This document shows, one piece after another, positions 1-9,805 of a stretch of DNA of 64,000 nucleotides. Both the position numbers and the translations under genes were made by a program. Numbering within the stretch: position 1 is the stretch's first letter; each line of letters opens with the position of its first letter. The notes under the pieces are model-generated. The model searched no databases and had not been told where the DNA came from. It was given only the letters and a program-made list of their open reading frames with translations. This DNA comes from an uncultured Gammaproteobacteria bacterium (GTDB lineage: Bacteria; Patescibacteriota; Microgenomatia; JAMCZE01), in assembly GCA_964576435.1 (NCBI GenBank), contig CAZNUP010000001.1, positions 378,259 through 442,258 of the forward strand, written 5' to 3'.

Positions 1-1
1 G

Positions 2-874
2 AGCCACCAGCTTACAACCACCTGGCAGCACATTAGAAGATCTCCCTATCAAGCTTTGGCTGCCATCATGATTATGACTCTCACAATGTTTGTGGGTTTA
101 ACATTTTTCCTAATCTCCCTTGGATCAGATAGGCTGCTTTCTTATTTGGAACGACGTCCACAAGTTATTGCTTTTTTTAATGACACAGTAACTTCTAAAG
201 ATGACATTACAGTAGTCGTAGCCCAGTTAAATAAAACGGGCCGCGTCGCTAGTGTTAAATTCGTCTCCAAGGACGAAGCCTTAAATATTTATAGAGATAG
301 AAATAAAAGCGACCCGCTTTTGTTGGAACTGGTTAGTGCCAATACCTTGCCAGCTAGTTTAGAGGTTTCAGGAAAAACCGTTGCTGATTTGCCAGAACTT
401 TATAAAGTCATTAAAAAAGCTCCTAACGTTGAAGAAATTTCCTATCAAAAAGATGTCGTCAATAGTTTAATTCAGGTCTTAGATAAAATCAGAAAATTTG
501 GTGTAGTTCTTGTCAGCTTTTTGGTTTTAACTTCCCTTTTTACAATTCTGACTATCATTGGCATGAAGATCTCACTAAGAAAAGATGAGATTGAGATAGA
601 GCGTCTAGTTGGAGCTTCAAAATGGTATATCAGAATGCCATTTCTGTTAGAAGGTATATTTTATGGTTTCTTTGGTGGATTAATTTCTTGGGGCGTAATC
701 TATGTGCTTTTAACTTTAGCAACACCACAAATAACTCCGTATCTTGGAGGGCTAGCTTTACTCCCTGTATCTCCAATTTTTATGCTTGAAGTACTAGGTG
801 GAACTCTTCTAGTTGGGGGTTTGGTAGGTGTTATAGGAAGTTTCCTGGCAGTTTGGCGATATTTAAAAAATTAA
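2..874 (+). CDS. ftsX: Cell division permease FtsX (5' end cut by window)
   Basis: Frame is open from base 2 (SHQLTTTWQHIRRSPYQALAA...). Four TM segments, an extracellular loop with NTLPASLEV, and the FtsX motif RKDEIEIERLVGASKWYIRMPFLLEG. Confidence 0.92.
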   Translation, partial: SHQLTTTWQHIRRSPYQALAAIMIMTLTMFVGLTFFLISLGSDRLLSYLERRPQVIAFFNDTVTSKDDITVVVAQLNKTGRVASVKFVSKDEALNIYRDRNKSDPLLLELVSANTLPASLEVSGKTVADLPELYKVIKKAPNVEEISYQKDVVNSLIQVLDKIRKFGVVLVSFLVLTSLFTILTIIGMKISLRKDEIEIERLVGASKWYIRMPFLLEGIFYGFFGGLISWGVIYVLLTLATPQITPYLGGLALLPVSPIFMLEVLGGTLLVGGLVGVIGSFLAVWRYLKN

Positions 875-877
875 GCA

Positions 878-2056
878 ATGTGGAAAAAATTATTAATAAT
901 TTTGCTGGCATTTTTCATCTTTGTCCCCCAAGTTCGGGCCGATGAAGTTGATGATTTAGAAAAACGAATTAGTGAACTTAAACAAAATTTAGCTAACACG
1001 CAGTCACAAGGGCGAACTTTGACTTCAGAAATTAGTCGCATAAATGATCAGATTTCAATAACTCAGCTCCAAGTAAAAAACACGGAAAGCAAACTAACAA
1101 GACTGGCTGATGACATAAATGAAGTCACGGAAAAAATAACTAAAATTCAAAGTGCTTTAAATGGGGTGTCTGAAGTTCTTGCAAACAGGATTTCAAAAAC
1201 ATACATCGCAAATAGAAGTGACCCGGTGATGTATCTTCTTTCTTCAGCCGACTTCAATGATTTTATTGAACGCATGGAGTATTTGCGTATCGTACAAAAG
1301 CACGACAAAGAGCTCCTCTATGAAATGAGTGCCACTCAAAAAAACTACAACGACCAAAAAGCACTTCTTGAAGAAAAAAAAATTGAAGTTGAAAAACTAT
1401 CAAGTGACTTAAAAAGTTACAAGACAAGTTTAGATTCTCAAAACCAGGAAAAGCAAAATCTCTTAACTGTCACTAAAAATGATGAACGCCGTTATCAAGC
1501 TCTCCTTGCCCAAGCACAAGCGCAGTTAGCTGCCTTTAGCGGTTTCGTCTCTAGTCAAGGCGGAGCCTCATTGTTATCTGGACAAACTAGCTGTAACGAC
1601 TGGGGTTGCTATTACAACCAACGCGACTCGTCTTGGGGAACGATGCGTATTGGTTTATCAAGTGATTCAATGGCAGAATTTGGTTGTTTAGTTACGTCTT
1701 CTGCCATGGTTCTTTCTCATTATGGTCATAGGGTAACTCCCGCCCAAGTAGCCCAAAACACTAATGCCTTTTTCTTAAATACTGCCCTCATGAATTTAGC
1801 TCCATGGAGTATTGATGGGGTGACCTTCACTAGAAGCGGTGCTGGAACTGGAGCTATTGATGGAGAACTTTCACAAGGGCGTCCAGTTATTGTTGGAGTC
1901 GGCGCTGGTCCATCACATTATGTTGTTATAAAAGCAAAAGATGGCGATCAATATATTATGAATGATCCGTTCGTTGAAAACGGTCACGACATTAAATTCA
2001 CTGATCACTACTCCTTGGGAAGTATCTCCGCGGTCAACATTGTAAGAGTAAATTAA
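878..2056 (+). CDS. Secreted PcsB/CwlO-type coiled-coil protein with C-terminal C39-like cysteine peptidase domain
   Basis: Signal peptide (VRA|D), long coiled coil with LLSSADFNDFIERMEYL, then YYNQRDSSW...FGCLVTS...SHYVV...NDP. Lies 3 nt after ftsX. Confidence 0.8.
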   Translation: MWKKLLIILLAFFIFVPQVRADEVDDLEKRISELKQNLANTQSQGRTLTSEISRINDQISITQLQVKNTESKLTRLADDINEVTEKITKIQSALNGVSEVLANRISKTYIANRSDPVMYLLSSADFNDFIERMEYLRIVQKHDKELLYEMSATQKNYNDQKALLEEKKIEVEKLSSDLKSYKTSLDSQNQEKQNLLTVTKNDERRYQALLAQAQAQLAAFSGFVSSQGGASLLSGQTSCNDWGCYYNQRDSSWGTMRIGLSSDSMAEFGCLVTSSAMVLSHYGHRVTPAQVAQNTNAFFLNTALMNLAPWSIDGVTFTRSGAGTGAIDGELSQGRPVIVGVGAGPSHYVVIKAKDGDQYIMNDPFVENGHDIKFTDHYSLGSISAVNIVRVN

Positions 2057-2075
2057 GAGTGCTATCTTTAATTAA

Positions 2076-3251
2076 ATGGCGGTTAAAGTTCTTCTGGCCG
2101 TCTTATTTTTGCTGATGGTTCCGGCAAAGGTCTTTGCCGCTTTCCAAATAGAAAATATTTCTCCAACTGAAGTTACATCATCTGACCAAGAACTAACGCT
2201 TTTTGTTTCTGCGTCAAATCTATCTAGTAGTACTCAGTATTTTCAGGTAGCTATTACAAAAGAGGGTAATTCAAACTACTTTGGCTATACTCAGAATAAT
2301 TCCGGAAATTGGAATAAATACGCTTCCTCCCCAGATTTAAGTTCTATTTTAAGCTTCACACCAGTTGGTGGAGTTTGGAATGGTGAAATAAAAGCAAGGC
2401 TTGATGCTGGGGACAGTGGTTTTTCCGGACCAGGAACTTATCAAGTAAAGCTCTTAAAATATATTACTGCTTCAGGAACCAGTTCCAACAACTTCCCAAT
2501 TAATGTCACGTTTCAAAACCAAGTTGAAAATTCACCAATTCCAACGCAAGCCCAAGAAGTGGTCAAAGAAGAAAAAACTAATCCTACGGTTCAATTTTCT
2601 ATTCCAGGAAATTTGAAAGTAGGGGAGGAATTTGAAATTTCCTATTTACTGCAAAATTTCGAGTCCGGCTCATATTTTGTCAAAGCCCGCATTGGTAAAG
2701 ATGCTTCTCATCTAACTCTTGGACAAACAAATAATGGTGAGTGGCTAACTGATACTGACTCTTGGTCAAAATTTCCAAAAACCGATTCGGGAGGAAAAAT
2801 AAAAGTCAGGCTCTCTCCGCAGGTAGAAAGTGGCGACTATAAAATCAGGTTAAGCTTTAAAAAAGGGGACGACTCACCAATTCAATCAACTGACCAAACA
2901 GCGAATTTTAAGGAAAATCCAAATCCACAATCCGCTTCAGTGAAAGCTACACCTACAAAAGCTTCAACGGGAATAGTTTTAGCTGCCGCAAAAGTTAGGG
3001 ATTCTAAAGAATCGACAATCGAAGCTGAAATAGCTAAGCATTATGAAAACATAGACTTGTTGGGAACAAAATCAGCAAAGCCCGAATCAAGAAGAAGCAA
3101 AGTAAAAAAAGCGCTTAACCTTCTTTTGTCAAAAAAGACCGCAAATGATTTTCCAATTGGAATGTTGGTAGTTCTTTTGGGGATTGGATTACTTTGCACA
3201 AGTGGTGCCTATATTGTTTGGAGAAAATTTTTTATGTCCCAAGACGAGTAA
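2076..3251 (+). CDS. Secreted protein with two internally similar beta-rich domains and a C-terminal TM anchor
   Basis: Signal peptide (VFA|A); repeated YF..GxT.N.G.W...G.Y..K pattern; C-terminal hydrophobic helix plus RK. Confidence 0.7.
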   Translation: MAVKVLLAVLFLLMVPAKVFAAFQIENISPTEVTSSDQELTLFVSASNLSSSTQYFQVAITKEGNSNYFGYTQNNSGNWNKYASSPDLSSILSFTPVGGVWNGEIKARLDAGDSGFSGPGTYQVKLLKYITASGTSSNNFPINVTFQNQVENSPIPTQAQEVVKEEKTNPTVQFSIPGNLKVGEEFEISYLLQNFESGSYFVKARIGKDASHLTLGQTNNGEWLTDTDSWSKFPKTDSGGKIKVRLSPQVESGDYKIRLSFKKGDDSPIQSTDQTANFKENPNPQSASVKATPTKASTGIVLAAAKVRDSKESTIEAEIAKHYENIDLLGTKSAKPESRRSKVKKALNLLLSKKTANDFPIGMLVVLLGIGLLCTSGAYIVWRKFFMSQDE

Positions 3252-3525
3252 GCCAGATTCTGTTTTAGCAACAATCTATCTATGCCCAACAACTTCGGTC
3301 GTGAAGAAAGCTATTCATGGACCATTCGGTTGGTTGCAGCGGGGGGAATTATCGCGTTTCACCCTTAATTTAGCTTTAGGCTAAAAAAAGACTCGTCTCT
3401 GTGACTTTACCATTGCCGATAATTTCTTACCGTGCACCCCTGGTATTAACCAAGGCACCCTGCTTTCTGCTGTCTGGACTTTCCTGTACTAGCCGAGGCC
3501 AATACTAGTTGCTCTGTCTTGGGAC
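3236..3525 (-). ncRNA. rnpB: RNase P RNA (reduced, ~290 nt)
   Basis: Minus strand carries AGGAAAGUCC, ACAGAGA, GUGAAAC, UAGAUAGAU and ACAGAAUCUGGCUUA. Terminal helix GUCCCAAGAC/GUCUUGGGAC; TATAAT 6 nt upstream. Confidence 0.95.
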
Positions 3526-3565
3526 CTCCCAATTATACTAAAATATATTACAATACGGAAATTGT

Positions 3566-5602
3566 ATGAAATTAGATCGCGCCCATATAGTCCAAGTCAT
3601 ATCCCTGCTCTTAATTCAGTCAGTTGTACTTTTGTTATTGTCCTTCACAACTCCAGGAGTAAAGATTGATTCCATTTGGTCTGCGATAGGAATGGCCATA
3701 ATAATCTCTGTTATAGAAAGTATTGTTTGGTGGATTTTTATTGAGTTCTTTGCCCACCTCCCAATCATTCTTTATCCACTTCTAACTTTTCTTTTAACAG
3801 GCGCTGGAGTTTTGCTGGCTGGAAATTATGTTCCAGGGGTCACAATTACTGGAATTGTCCCAGCAATTTGGATTCCAATTGTAATAACAGTGGTAAACGC
3901 TATTCTTGGTGGTCTTTTTTCTCTCGATGAGGATGAATCTTTTGATAGAAACGTTACTAGAAAAATGGTTGAAAAGTATGGACATCCTAAAAAAACAGAT
4001 ATCCCAGGTCTTCTATTTTTAGAAATTGACGGTCTAAGTATTGATACTTTAAAAATCGCCCTAGAAAGAGGAGAAATGCCAACGCTAAAAGCTTGGCTAG
4101 ATTCAGGTAGCCACAAACTTGTTTCTTGGGAAACTGATTTCACTTCTCAAACTGGAGCAATGCAAACCGGAATTCTTATGGGAAATAATGTGGACATTCC
4201 CGCTTACAGGTGGTGGGATAGAGCAACTGGGAAAATGATTATGTCAGGTAATCCCAAAGATGCTAAAAATATTGAGGCCAGGCTTTCAAGTGGTAAAGGT
4301 TTACTTTCAAATGGTGGTGCTTCAAGAGGAAACATGTTTAGTGGTGATGCGACAGAGTCACTCTTTACAATGAGTGCCATGTTGAATAAAGGGCGGGGGA
4401 GAGGACCAGGGTTCTATTTCTATCTTGTTAATCCATTTGTCGTAGCAAGACTCATAACTAGATTTATTATCGAAATAATCAAAGAGTGGTATGAAGCCTG
4501 GGATCAAAGAAGAAGATATAAAAATGGGTCCAGAGAAGATAAATATATAGTTAAATCTAGAAATTTAGGCTACGCATTTCTTCGCGCCTTTATGGGACCA
4601 TTCCTCCAAGACTTAACGACCTATGCAGTAATTAGTGATGTTATGCGTGGTGTTCCAGCAATTTATGCTTTATATGCTGGCTACGATGATCTTGGACATT
4701 TTGCAGGAATGCGATCAAGAGAAGGGTATGAGGCACTTCATGAAGCAGATAGATATTTCAATAGAATTCAAAAGGCTCTAAAGTATGCGCCAAGACCATA
4801 CAATGTTGTGGTTTTATCAGACCATGGACAAAGTGAAGGCCCAACATTCCAAAGTGCATATGGTGAGAGTCTTGATTCACTAGTCAAAAAACTTGTTGGT
4901 GGGGAAGTCCTTGCTTCCATGGACACAAACGAGGCATGGGACAACTTAAATGCTGTTTTGACTGAATCAACTCATGGTGATACTAAATCAGCTAAAGTTG
5001 TAAGGAAAGCTCTATCCAAAAAAACCAAAGACGGTATAGTCCAAGTTGGTCCAGATAGAGACGATAAAGAAAAGACCTTGGATGACAAGAAAGCAGAAGA
5101 AGCAAATATTGTTATTTTTGGATCAGGCAGTACTGGATTAATCTATTTCAAAAATGCCAAGAAGCGAATGACTTATGAAGAAATTCAAAAGGCATATCCA
5201 AGTTTGATTCGAGGTTTGATTTCTCATGAAGGCATTGGCTTTTTAATTGTTAAATCCAAAACCAAAAAAACAATGGCAATTGGTAAAAACGGCGTTAATT
5301 TTGTTGATCTCGGTAAAGTTCAAGGTACTGACCCATTAAAAGTTTATGGAAAAAATGCGGCCGCCCATGTAAAGAGAGAAAGCGGATTTGACAATTGCCC
5401 AGACATTGTCGTTTGTTCAAAGTTTGATCCAAAGACAGAAGAACTTGCAGGGTTTGAAAATCAAGTCAGCCACCATGGTGGTCTAGGCGGCCCGCAAAAC
5501 AGACCATTTGTCCTTTATCCGTCATCATTAAAATATGATGGTAAACCAATTCTTTGGGCAACTGGTGTTTACAAACTTCTATACAGTTGGAGAAAAAATT
5601 GA
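3566..5602 (+). CDS. 4-TM holin-family (YvlD-like) domain fused to an alkaline phosphatase/phosphodiesterase superfamily domain
   Basis: N-terminal four TM segments; FLEIDGL, SQTG, YDDLGH, LSDHGQ and HGGLGG motifs. Confidence 0.8.
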   Translation: MKLDRAHIVQVISLLLIQSVVLLLLSFTTPGVKIDSIWSAIGMAIIISVIESIVWWIFIEFFAHLPIILYPLLTFLLTGAGVLLAGNYVPGVTITGIVPAIWIPIVITVVNAILGGLFSLDEDESFDRNVTRKMVEKYGHPKKTDIPGLLFLEIDGLSIDTLKIALERGEMPTLKAWLDSGSHKLVSWETDFTSQTGAMQTGILMGNNVDIPAYRWWDRATGKMIMSGNPKDAKNIEARLSSGKGLLSNGGASRGNMFSGDATESLFTMSAMLNKGRGRGPGFYFYLVNPFVVARLITRFIIEIIKEWYEAWDQRRRYKNGSREDKYIVKSRNLGYAFLRAFMGPFLQDLTTYAVISDVMRGVPAIYALYAGYDDLGHFAGMRSREGYEALHEADRYFNRIQKALKYAPRPYNVVVLSDHGQSEGPTFQSAYGESLDSLVKKLVGGEVLASMDTNEAWDNLNAVLTESTHGDTKSAKVVRKALSKKTKDGIVQVGPDRDDKEKTLDDKKAEEANIVIFGSGSTGLIYFKNAKKRMTYEEIQKAYPSLIRGLISHEGIGFLIVKSKTKKTMAIGKNGVNFVDLGKVQGTDPLKVYGKNAAAHVKRESGFDNCPDIVVCSKFDPKTEELAGFENQVSHHGGLGGPQNRPFVLYPSSLKYDGKPILWATGVYKLLYSWRKN

Positions 5603-5652
5603 TCTAGAAAATATATATTCCAAATTTCTTCTTGTAGCTTTATAAAGACCTC

Positions 5653-5796
5653 ATGTGGAAAGATATTCGTTTTATTGTTTTCCTTTTTGTGTTGTGTCTT
5701 GCATTAGCAATTTATGACAGGTGGTCAGGAGCATTTTTCCTGCCTCCTTGGCAACCGCCGCAAGTCTTGGGTGAATCGACTCAAAGTTCCCCTTGA
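5653..5796 (+). CDS. Small single-TM protein, 47 aa (below ORF-track cutoff)
   Basis: MWKDIRFIVFLFVLCLALAIYDRWSGAFFLPPWQPPQVLGESTQSSP. TATAAA lies 6 nt before the ATG, and the ORF fills an otherwise empty gap. Confidence 0.65.
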   Translation: MWKDIRFIVFLFVLCLALAIYDRWSGAFFLPPWQPPQVLGESTQSSP

Positions 5797-5838
5797 ATTT
5801 TTTAGTGTTCCAAATTAAACTCGTCTCACATTAAAAAT

Positions 5839-6510
5839 ATGGCAACTAAGAAAAAAACTAAATCGTCAAAAGCCGCTCCAGTAGCAGCTACTCCAAAAGT
5901 AGAATCTCAGGTTGAACAAAAAGCAGCTCCAGAAAAAAAACGCCGCATGGGTCTAATTTTATTTGTCGCTGCAGTCGTAATTATTTTAGGGTTTATCATA
6001 ATTAAAAATCGAAGTCTGTTTGTTGTGGCTACTGTAGATGGAATGCCAATTTGGAGGCCTGCATTTGAAAGTAGAATAGTTTCAGTAAATGGACAAAAAA
6101 TTCTAGACCAAATGGTCAACGAACAAATTATTTTAAATGCAGCAGCTAAAAAGGGTGTGACTGTAACTCCGCAAGAAATTGACATCCAAATAACTGAAAT
6201 TCAAAAAACTTTGCCACAGGGAACAACCCTTGAGCAAGCTCTTAGTGGCCAGGGAATTACTCTGGATGACTTGAAAAGACGACTCCTAATTCAAATGCTA
6301 GTGGAAAAAATGATGACGTCTGAAATTAAAATTTCCGATTCTGAAATTGATGAATACTTAACTCAAAATAAAGATTTCTTGACTGCAACAGATGAAGCAG
6401 GTCTAAGAAACGAAGCTAAACAAGCAATTTTAAATCAGAAGAAAAATACTGAATTCCAAACTATTTTTACAAATCTGCAAAAAAGCGCCAAGGTCAATAG
6501 ATATCTTTAA
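5839..6510 (+). CDS. Membrane-anchored SurA/PrsA N-terminal-domain chaperone without a PPIase domain
   Basis: One TM, VATVDG, ILDQMVNEQIILNAAAKKGVTVT, C-terminal AKV. Confidence 0.8.
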   Translation: MATKKKTKSSKAAPVAATPKVESQVEQKAAPEKKRRMGLILFVAAVVIILGFIIIKNRSLFVVATVDGMPIWRPAFESRIVSVNGQKILDQMVNEQIILNAAAKKGVTVTPQEIDIQITEIQKTLPQGTTLEQALSGQGITLDDLKRRLLIQMLVEKMMTSEIKISDSEIDEYLTQNKDFLTATDEAGLRNEAKQAILNQKKNTEFQTIFTNLQKSAKVNRYL

Positions 6511-7715
6511 TGGACGAAAATCAGCCTGCCCCAAATCCCGAACTTCAAGCCTCCCTTAGTGAATTAAATTCAAAAAAGACTAGCAAAAAGATAATTATTC
6601 TTCTTGGAGTAATTTTAATTGCCTTTTTATTAATTGCAGGATTTATTGCCTATCAATTTTCTAAAGAAAAAATTCCAAACAAATCCGTGACTGTGGTTAA
6701 AACACAAGTAAAGATAGAAAAACCAGCAACAGCTAGTTCTGACATAAAAAAGATTGCATACGTTAAATCTAATTCTCTTTGGTTAATAAATTCTGATGGT
6801 ACCGACAAAAAAGAATTAGTTGCCTCATCAAGTTCTCTTGTGTCGGGCCTCACTTGGAAAAATAAAAATGACATTTCCTATATAAGATGTACGTTGACCT
6901 GTCAGGTTGTAACAAAAAATATTTCTACTGGTTCTGAAACTGTTGAACTTGAAAAGCCACAAATCTTAGCTTTTGCGTGGAACAGTTCAAATAATAATTT
7001 GGCTTTTATATATAAACCCACAATGCAGGAAATGAAATTAGATATGGAGTCAAATGGTGAAATAAAAACAATCAAAAATTTTTCTTTACCAAGTATTGGG
7101 ACTGGTGGCAGGGGAGGTAGTCTTGATGATGATATTTCATTAAGTTTTTCGCCAGACAACAATTATTTATTAGTTACAAATACACTAACTCAACCAAATC
7201 CAAATGACAAAAATACTATTTGGGTTCTCAATAATTCAGGAAAAGAAGAAGTCTCTCTGGAAGCCAGTGGAAGTGCTTGGCCCACTCAAGCTAGTTGGAC
7301 AGGAAACAATGTTTTTATTTTCAAAGCGGGGAACAACTTTGGTAGGCAAACATTAGGTGAAGGCAGTGAAACATTATTTTCATCAATTAATTCATACGGT
7401 CCTGTGAAACCAAACCAAGAGCCTAACATATATTATTGGGTGAACAATCCCAAAGGGTTACCTAAAGTAGTCTCTTATGAAATGGATTCAAAGGTTGGTC
7501 CGACTACAGAAGGTTTTTATAAGCCTCAATTACTAAATCCAACCTCAATGTCTCATATAAGTGCCAACAATCTTGTTGTACTAAAGGCAAAAGAGGTGGG
7601 GGAGGAAGAAACAATTCTTCCTTTTGCTCCGGACGGAATTTCAGTAATTGGTGATGGTGGCAATATAATTGATCTTGATAATGGAGAAATTGAAGAATTT
7701 GCTATCGAACCCTAA
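6510..7715 (+). CDS. Membrane-anchored TolB-like beta-propeller protein
   Basis: N-terminal TM; KIAYV...LWLINSDG, FAW and SFSPD blade motifs. Confidence 0.6.
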   Translation: MDENQPAPNPELQASLSELNSKKTSKKIIILLGVILIAFLLIAGFIAYQFSKEKIPNKSVTVVKTQVKIEKPATASSDIKKIAYVKSNSLWLINSDGTDKKELVASSSSLVSGLTWKNKNDISYIRCTLTCQVVTKNISTGSETVELEKPQILAFAWNSSNNNLAFIYKPTMQEMKLDMESNGEIKTIKNFSLPSIGTGGRGGSLDDDISLSFSPDNNYLLVTNTLTQPNPNDKNTIWVLNNSGKEEVSLEASGSAWPTQASWTGNNVFIFKAGNNFGRQTLGEGSETLFSSINSYGPVKPNQEPNIYYWVNNPKGLPKVVSYEMDSKVGPTTEGFYKPQLLNPTSMSHISANNLVVLKAKEVGEEETILPFAPDGISVIGDGGNIIDLDNGEIEEFAIEP

Positions 7716-7929
7716 GAAAATACCAAAGAATAAATTCCGCTCCAAAAGCTAAGACTGTAAATATCCCTATTCTCTTCAAATCCGAAACAACATAATCATA
7801 GTCAGATGATCTAATTTCAACTGCCTTTGGTGTTGTTGATTGGCTTTGTGCTAAGTTTAAAGAATACTGAACTTTTTCCTGTTGTCTAAGGTTTGTGGCG
7901 ATTTTTTCTGCTTTAGTTTTTCTAGCCAT
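7702..7929 (-). CDS. Small protein with C-terminal TM (75 aa)
   Basis: MARKTKAEK...YDYVVSDLKRI followed by a TM helix; start reassigned to ATG 7929. Confidence 0.65.
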   Translation of the reverse strand: MARKTKAEKIATNLRQQEKVQYSLNLAQSQSTTPKAVEIRSSDYDYVVSDLKRIGIFTVLAFGAEFILWYFLRVR

Positions 7930-7997
7930 ATCGGTTTTTAACATATTGACTACTTTGTGTAAAGCCTGATACCATATGTGGATACAAAAAATATTCA

Positions 7998-9215
7998 ATG
8001 AAAAAGGGTAAATCGTCTTTAATTATCATCATAGTAGTAGCTTATCTGGTCTCCGCAGGTCTTTCCTATTTTGCTTTTTCCTATTTCCATCCAGGCGCTA
8101 CAGAAATGGCAATTGTAACTGAACAAACCACAACAACCCCAGGTCAATTCGCAGCCTTACAGAAAAAATATGCAGCTTTGCCAAAAACAGAAGAGTGTCC
8201 ACTTAATGGCCGAATGCAAAGTAAACCAGAACGAGAAGTTTGGGAAAAAAGACGTCCTTTGGGTATTATGGTGGAAAATTCAACTGCAGCGAGGCCACAA
8301 TCAGGTTTATCATTTGCTGACGTCGTTTATGAAGCAGTTGCCGAAGGTGGAATTACTAGATTTTTAACCGTTTTCTATTGTAAAGATGCTGAAATTGTTG
8401 GCCCAGTTCGTTCCGCAAGGACATATTACCTAGATTGGATTTCGGAATACGGTGATAATCCACTTTATGCTCACGTTGGTGGCGCAAATTCAGATGGGCC
8501 TGCCGATGCTCTGGGTCAAATTCAAAAATATGGTTGGCAGCAATACAACGATCTTGATGGTATTAGTCTTGGATTACCAGTCTTTAGAAGAGATTATGAA
8601 CGCCTAGGCGACGTAGCTACAGAGCACACCATGTACACAGTTCCAGTAACTGATTGGAATTTTGCTGCCAAACAAAGAGGGCTGACAAACACTCAAACAA
8701 ACGAACGAACTGGCGCTACAACATCGTGGGATGAAAATTTCGTGCCTTGGAAATTTAAAGACGATGCTTCTCTTGGTCAAAGACCATCCAACCTTTCCGC
8801 TAATTTCAATTTCAGCCAGACAGAGGCTTCATACCTTGATGACTACTCAGTAGGTTGGAAATATGACAAAGACAGTAACTCTTTCCTAAGAACAAATGGT
8901 GGAAAACCTTTTAAAGACTTAAATACCAATCAACAAATTTCTGCCAAAAACGTCGTCATTCAATTTATGCCCATGTCCATAGCTCAAGATGGATATAACG
9001 AAGAAGGTCACGGTGCGCACACCCTTTATCAAAATAAGGGCACAGGTAAGGCCATAATCTTAATTGACGGTAAACAAATTGTAGGAACTTGGCAAAAACC
9101 TACTAGAACAGATAGAACCATTTTCTATGATGCAGATGGTAATGAAATCAAATTTAATCGTGGTCTCATTTGGATTGAAACATTACCAACTGGACAGGCG
9201 GTTAAAATAAGCTAA
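7998..9215 (+). CDS. DUF3048 (YerB-like) membrane-anchored protein
   Basis: CPLNG, RPLGIMVEN, ARPQSGL, EGGITRF and GPVRSAR motifs. Confidence 0.88.
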   Translation: MKKGKSSLIIIIVVAYLVSAGLSYFAFSYFHPGATEMAIVTEQTTTTPGQFAALQKKYAALPKTEECPLNGRMQSKPEREVWEKRRPLGIMVENSTAARPQSGLSFADVVYEAVAEGGITRFLTVFYCKDAEIVGPVRSARTYYLDWISEYGDNPLYAHVGGANSDGPADALGQIQKYGWQQYNDLDGISLGLPVFRRDYERLGDVATEHTMYTVPVTDWNFAAKQRGLTNTQTNERTGATTSWDENFVPWKFKDDASLGQRPSNLSANFNFSQTEASYLDDYSVGWKYDKDSNSFLRTNGGKPFKDLNTNQQISAKNVVIQFMPMSIAQDGYNEEGHGAHTLYQNKGTGKAIILIDGKQIVGTWQKPTRTDRTIFYDADGNEIKFNRGLIWIETLPTGQAVKIS

Positions 9216-9225
9216 AATAGGCGAA

Positions 9226-9801
9226 ATGCTCGAAGATCTCATAATTTCTAGGGTCCGGGTAAAACTGCTCCAGATCTTCCTCTCTGAACCCGGTCAAATG
9301 ATTCACGTAAGGGAACTTGTAAGAAGAAGCAAAGAGGAAATTAACGCAGTTAGGCGCGAACTTGCTCACATGGACAAAGCAGGTATGGTTTCCAAAGAAC
9401 ACCGGGCAAATAGACTCTATTACACCTTTAGGAAAGATTACCCTCTCTATTATGATCTGTTAGAGCTTATTACTAAAACTACTGGTTTGGGTGGAGGAAT
9501 CCTCAAAAATAAAAATAAACTAGGAAGAATAAAATTTGCCATGCTTTCTGGAAAGTTTGCAAGAAATATTCCAGGTTCCACAGAAAAGGTTGATCTTTTA
9601 ATTGTGGGAACTGTAGTTATTCCTGAAGTTGCTGCACTTGTTCGTGAAGAGGAAGTTCGAAGAGGTAGAGAAATTTTTTTCACTCCAATGACCGAAGAAG
9701 AATTTAGTTTTAGAAAAAAGAAAAAAGATCCTTTTATTCTTGGCATTCTTGAAGGTGGCAGAGTCATGGTTGTTGGTGACGAAGAAGAGATGATCTCCTA
9801 A
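9226..9801 (+). CDS. Winged-helix regulator with C-terminal nucleotidyltransferase-like fold
   Basis: SRVRVKLL...HVRELVR...NAVRREL helix-turn-helix; LSGKF...VDLLIVG. Confidence 0.7.
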   Translation: MLEDLIISRVRVKLLQIFLSEPGQMIHVRELVRRSKEEINAVRRELAHMDKAGMVSKEHRANRLYYTFRKDYPLYYDLLELITKTTGLGGGILKNKNKLGRIKFAMLSGKFARNIPGSTEKVDLLIVGTVVIPEVAALVREEEVRRGREIFFTPMTEEEFSFRKKKKDPFILGILEGGRVMVVGDEEEMIS

Positions 9802-9805
9802 AACC

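Noticed and set aside
3184-3384. 66-aa ORF on the + strand
   Set aside because: Antisense to the RNase P RNA, with no protein features.
3566-5602. Holin-like domain as a sign of prophage
   Set aside because: It is fused to a phosphodiesterase-type domain, and no phage genes are nearby.
5716-5790. GC-richer hairpin considered as SRP RNA, tmRNA or a riboswitch
   Set aside because: It lacks the SRP GGAA-loop motif and tRNA-like ends; the 47-aa ORF explains it better.
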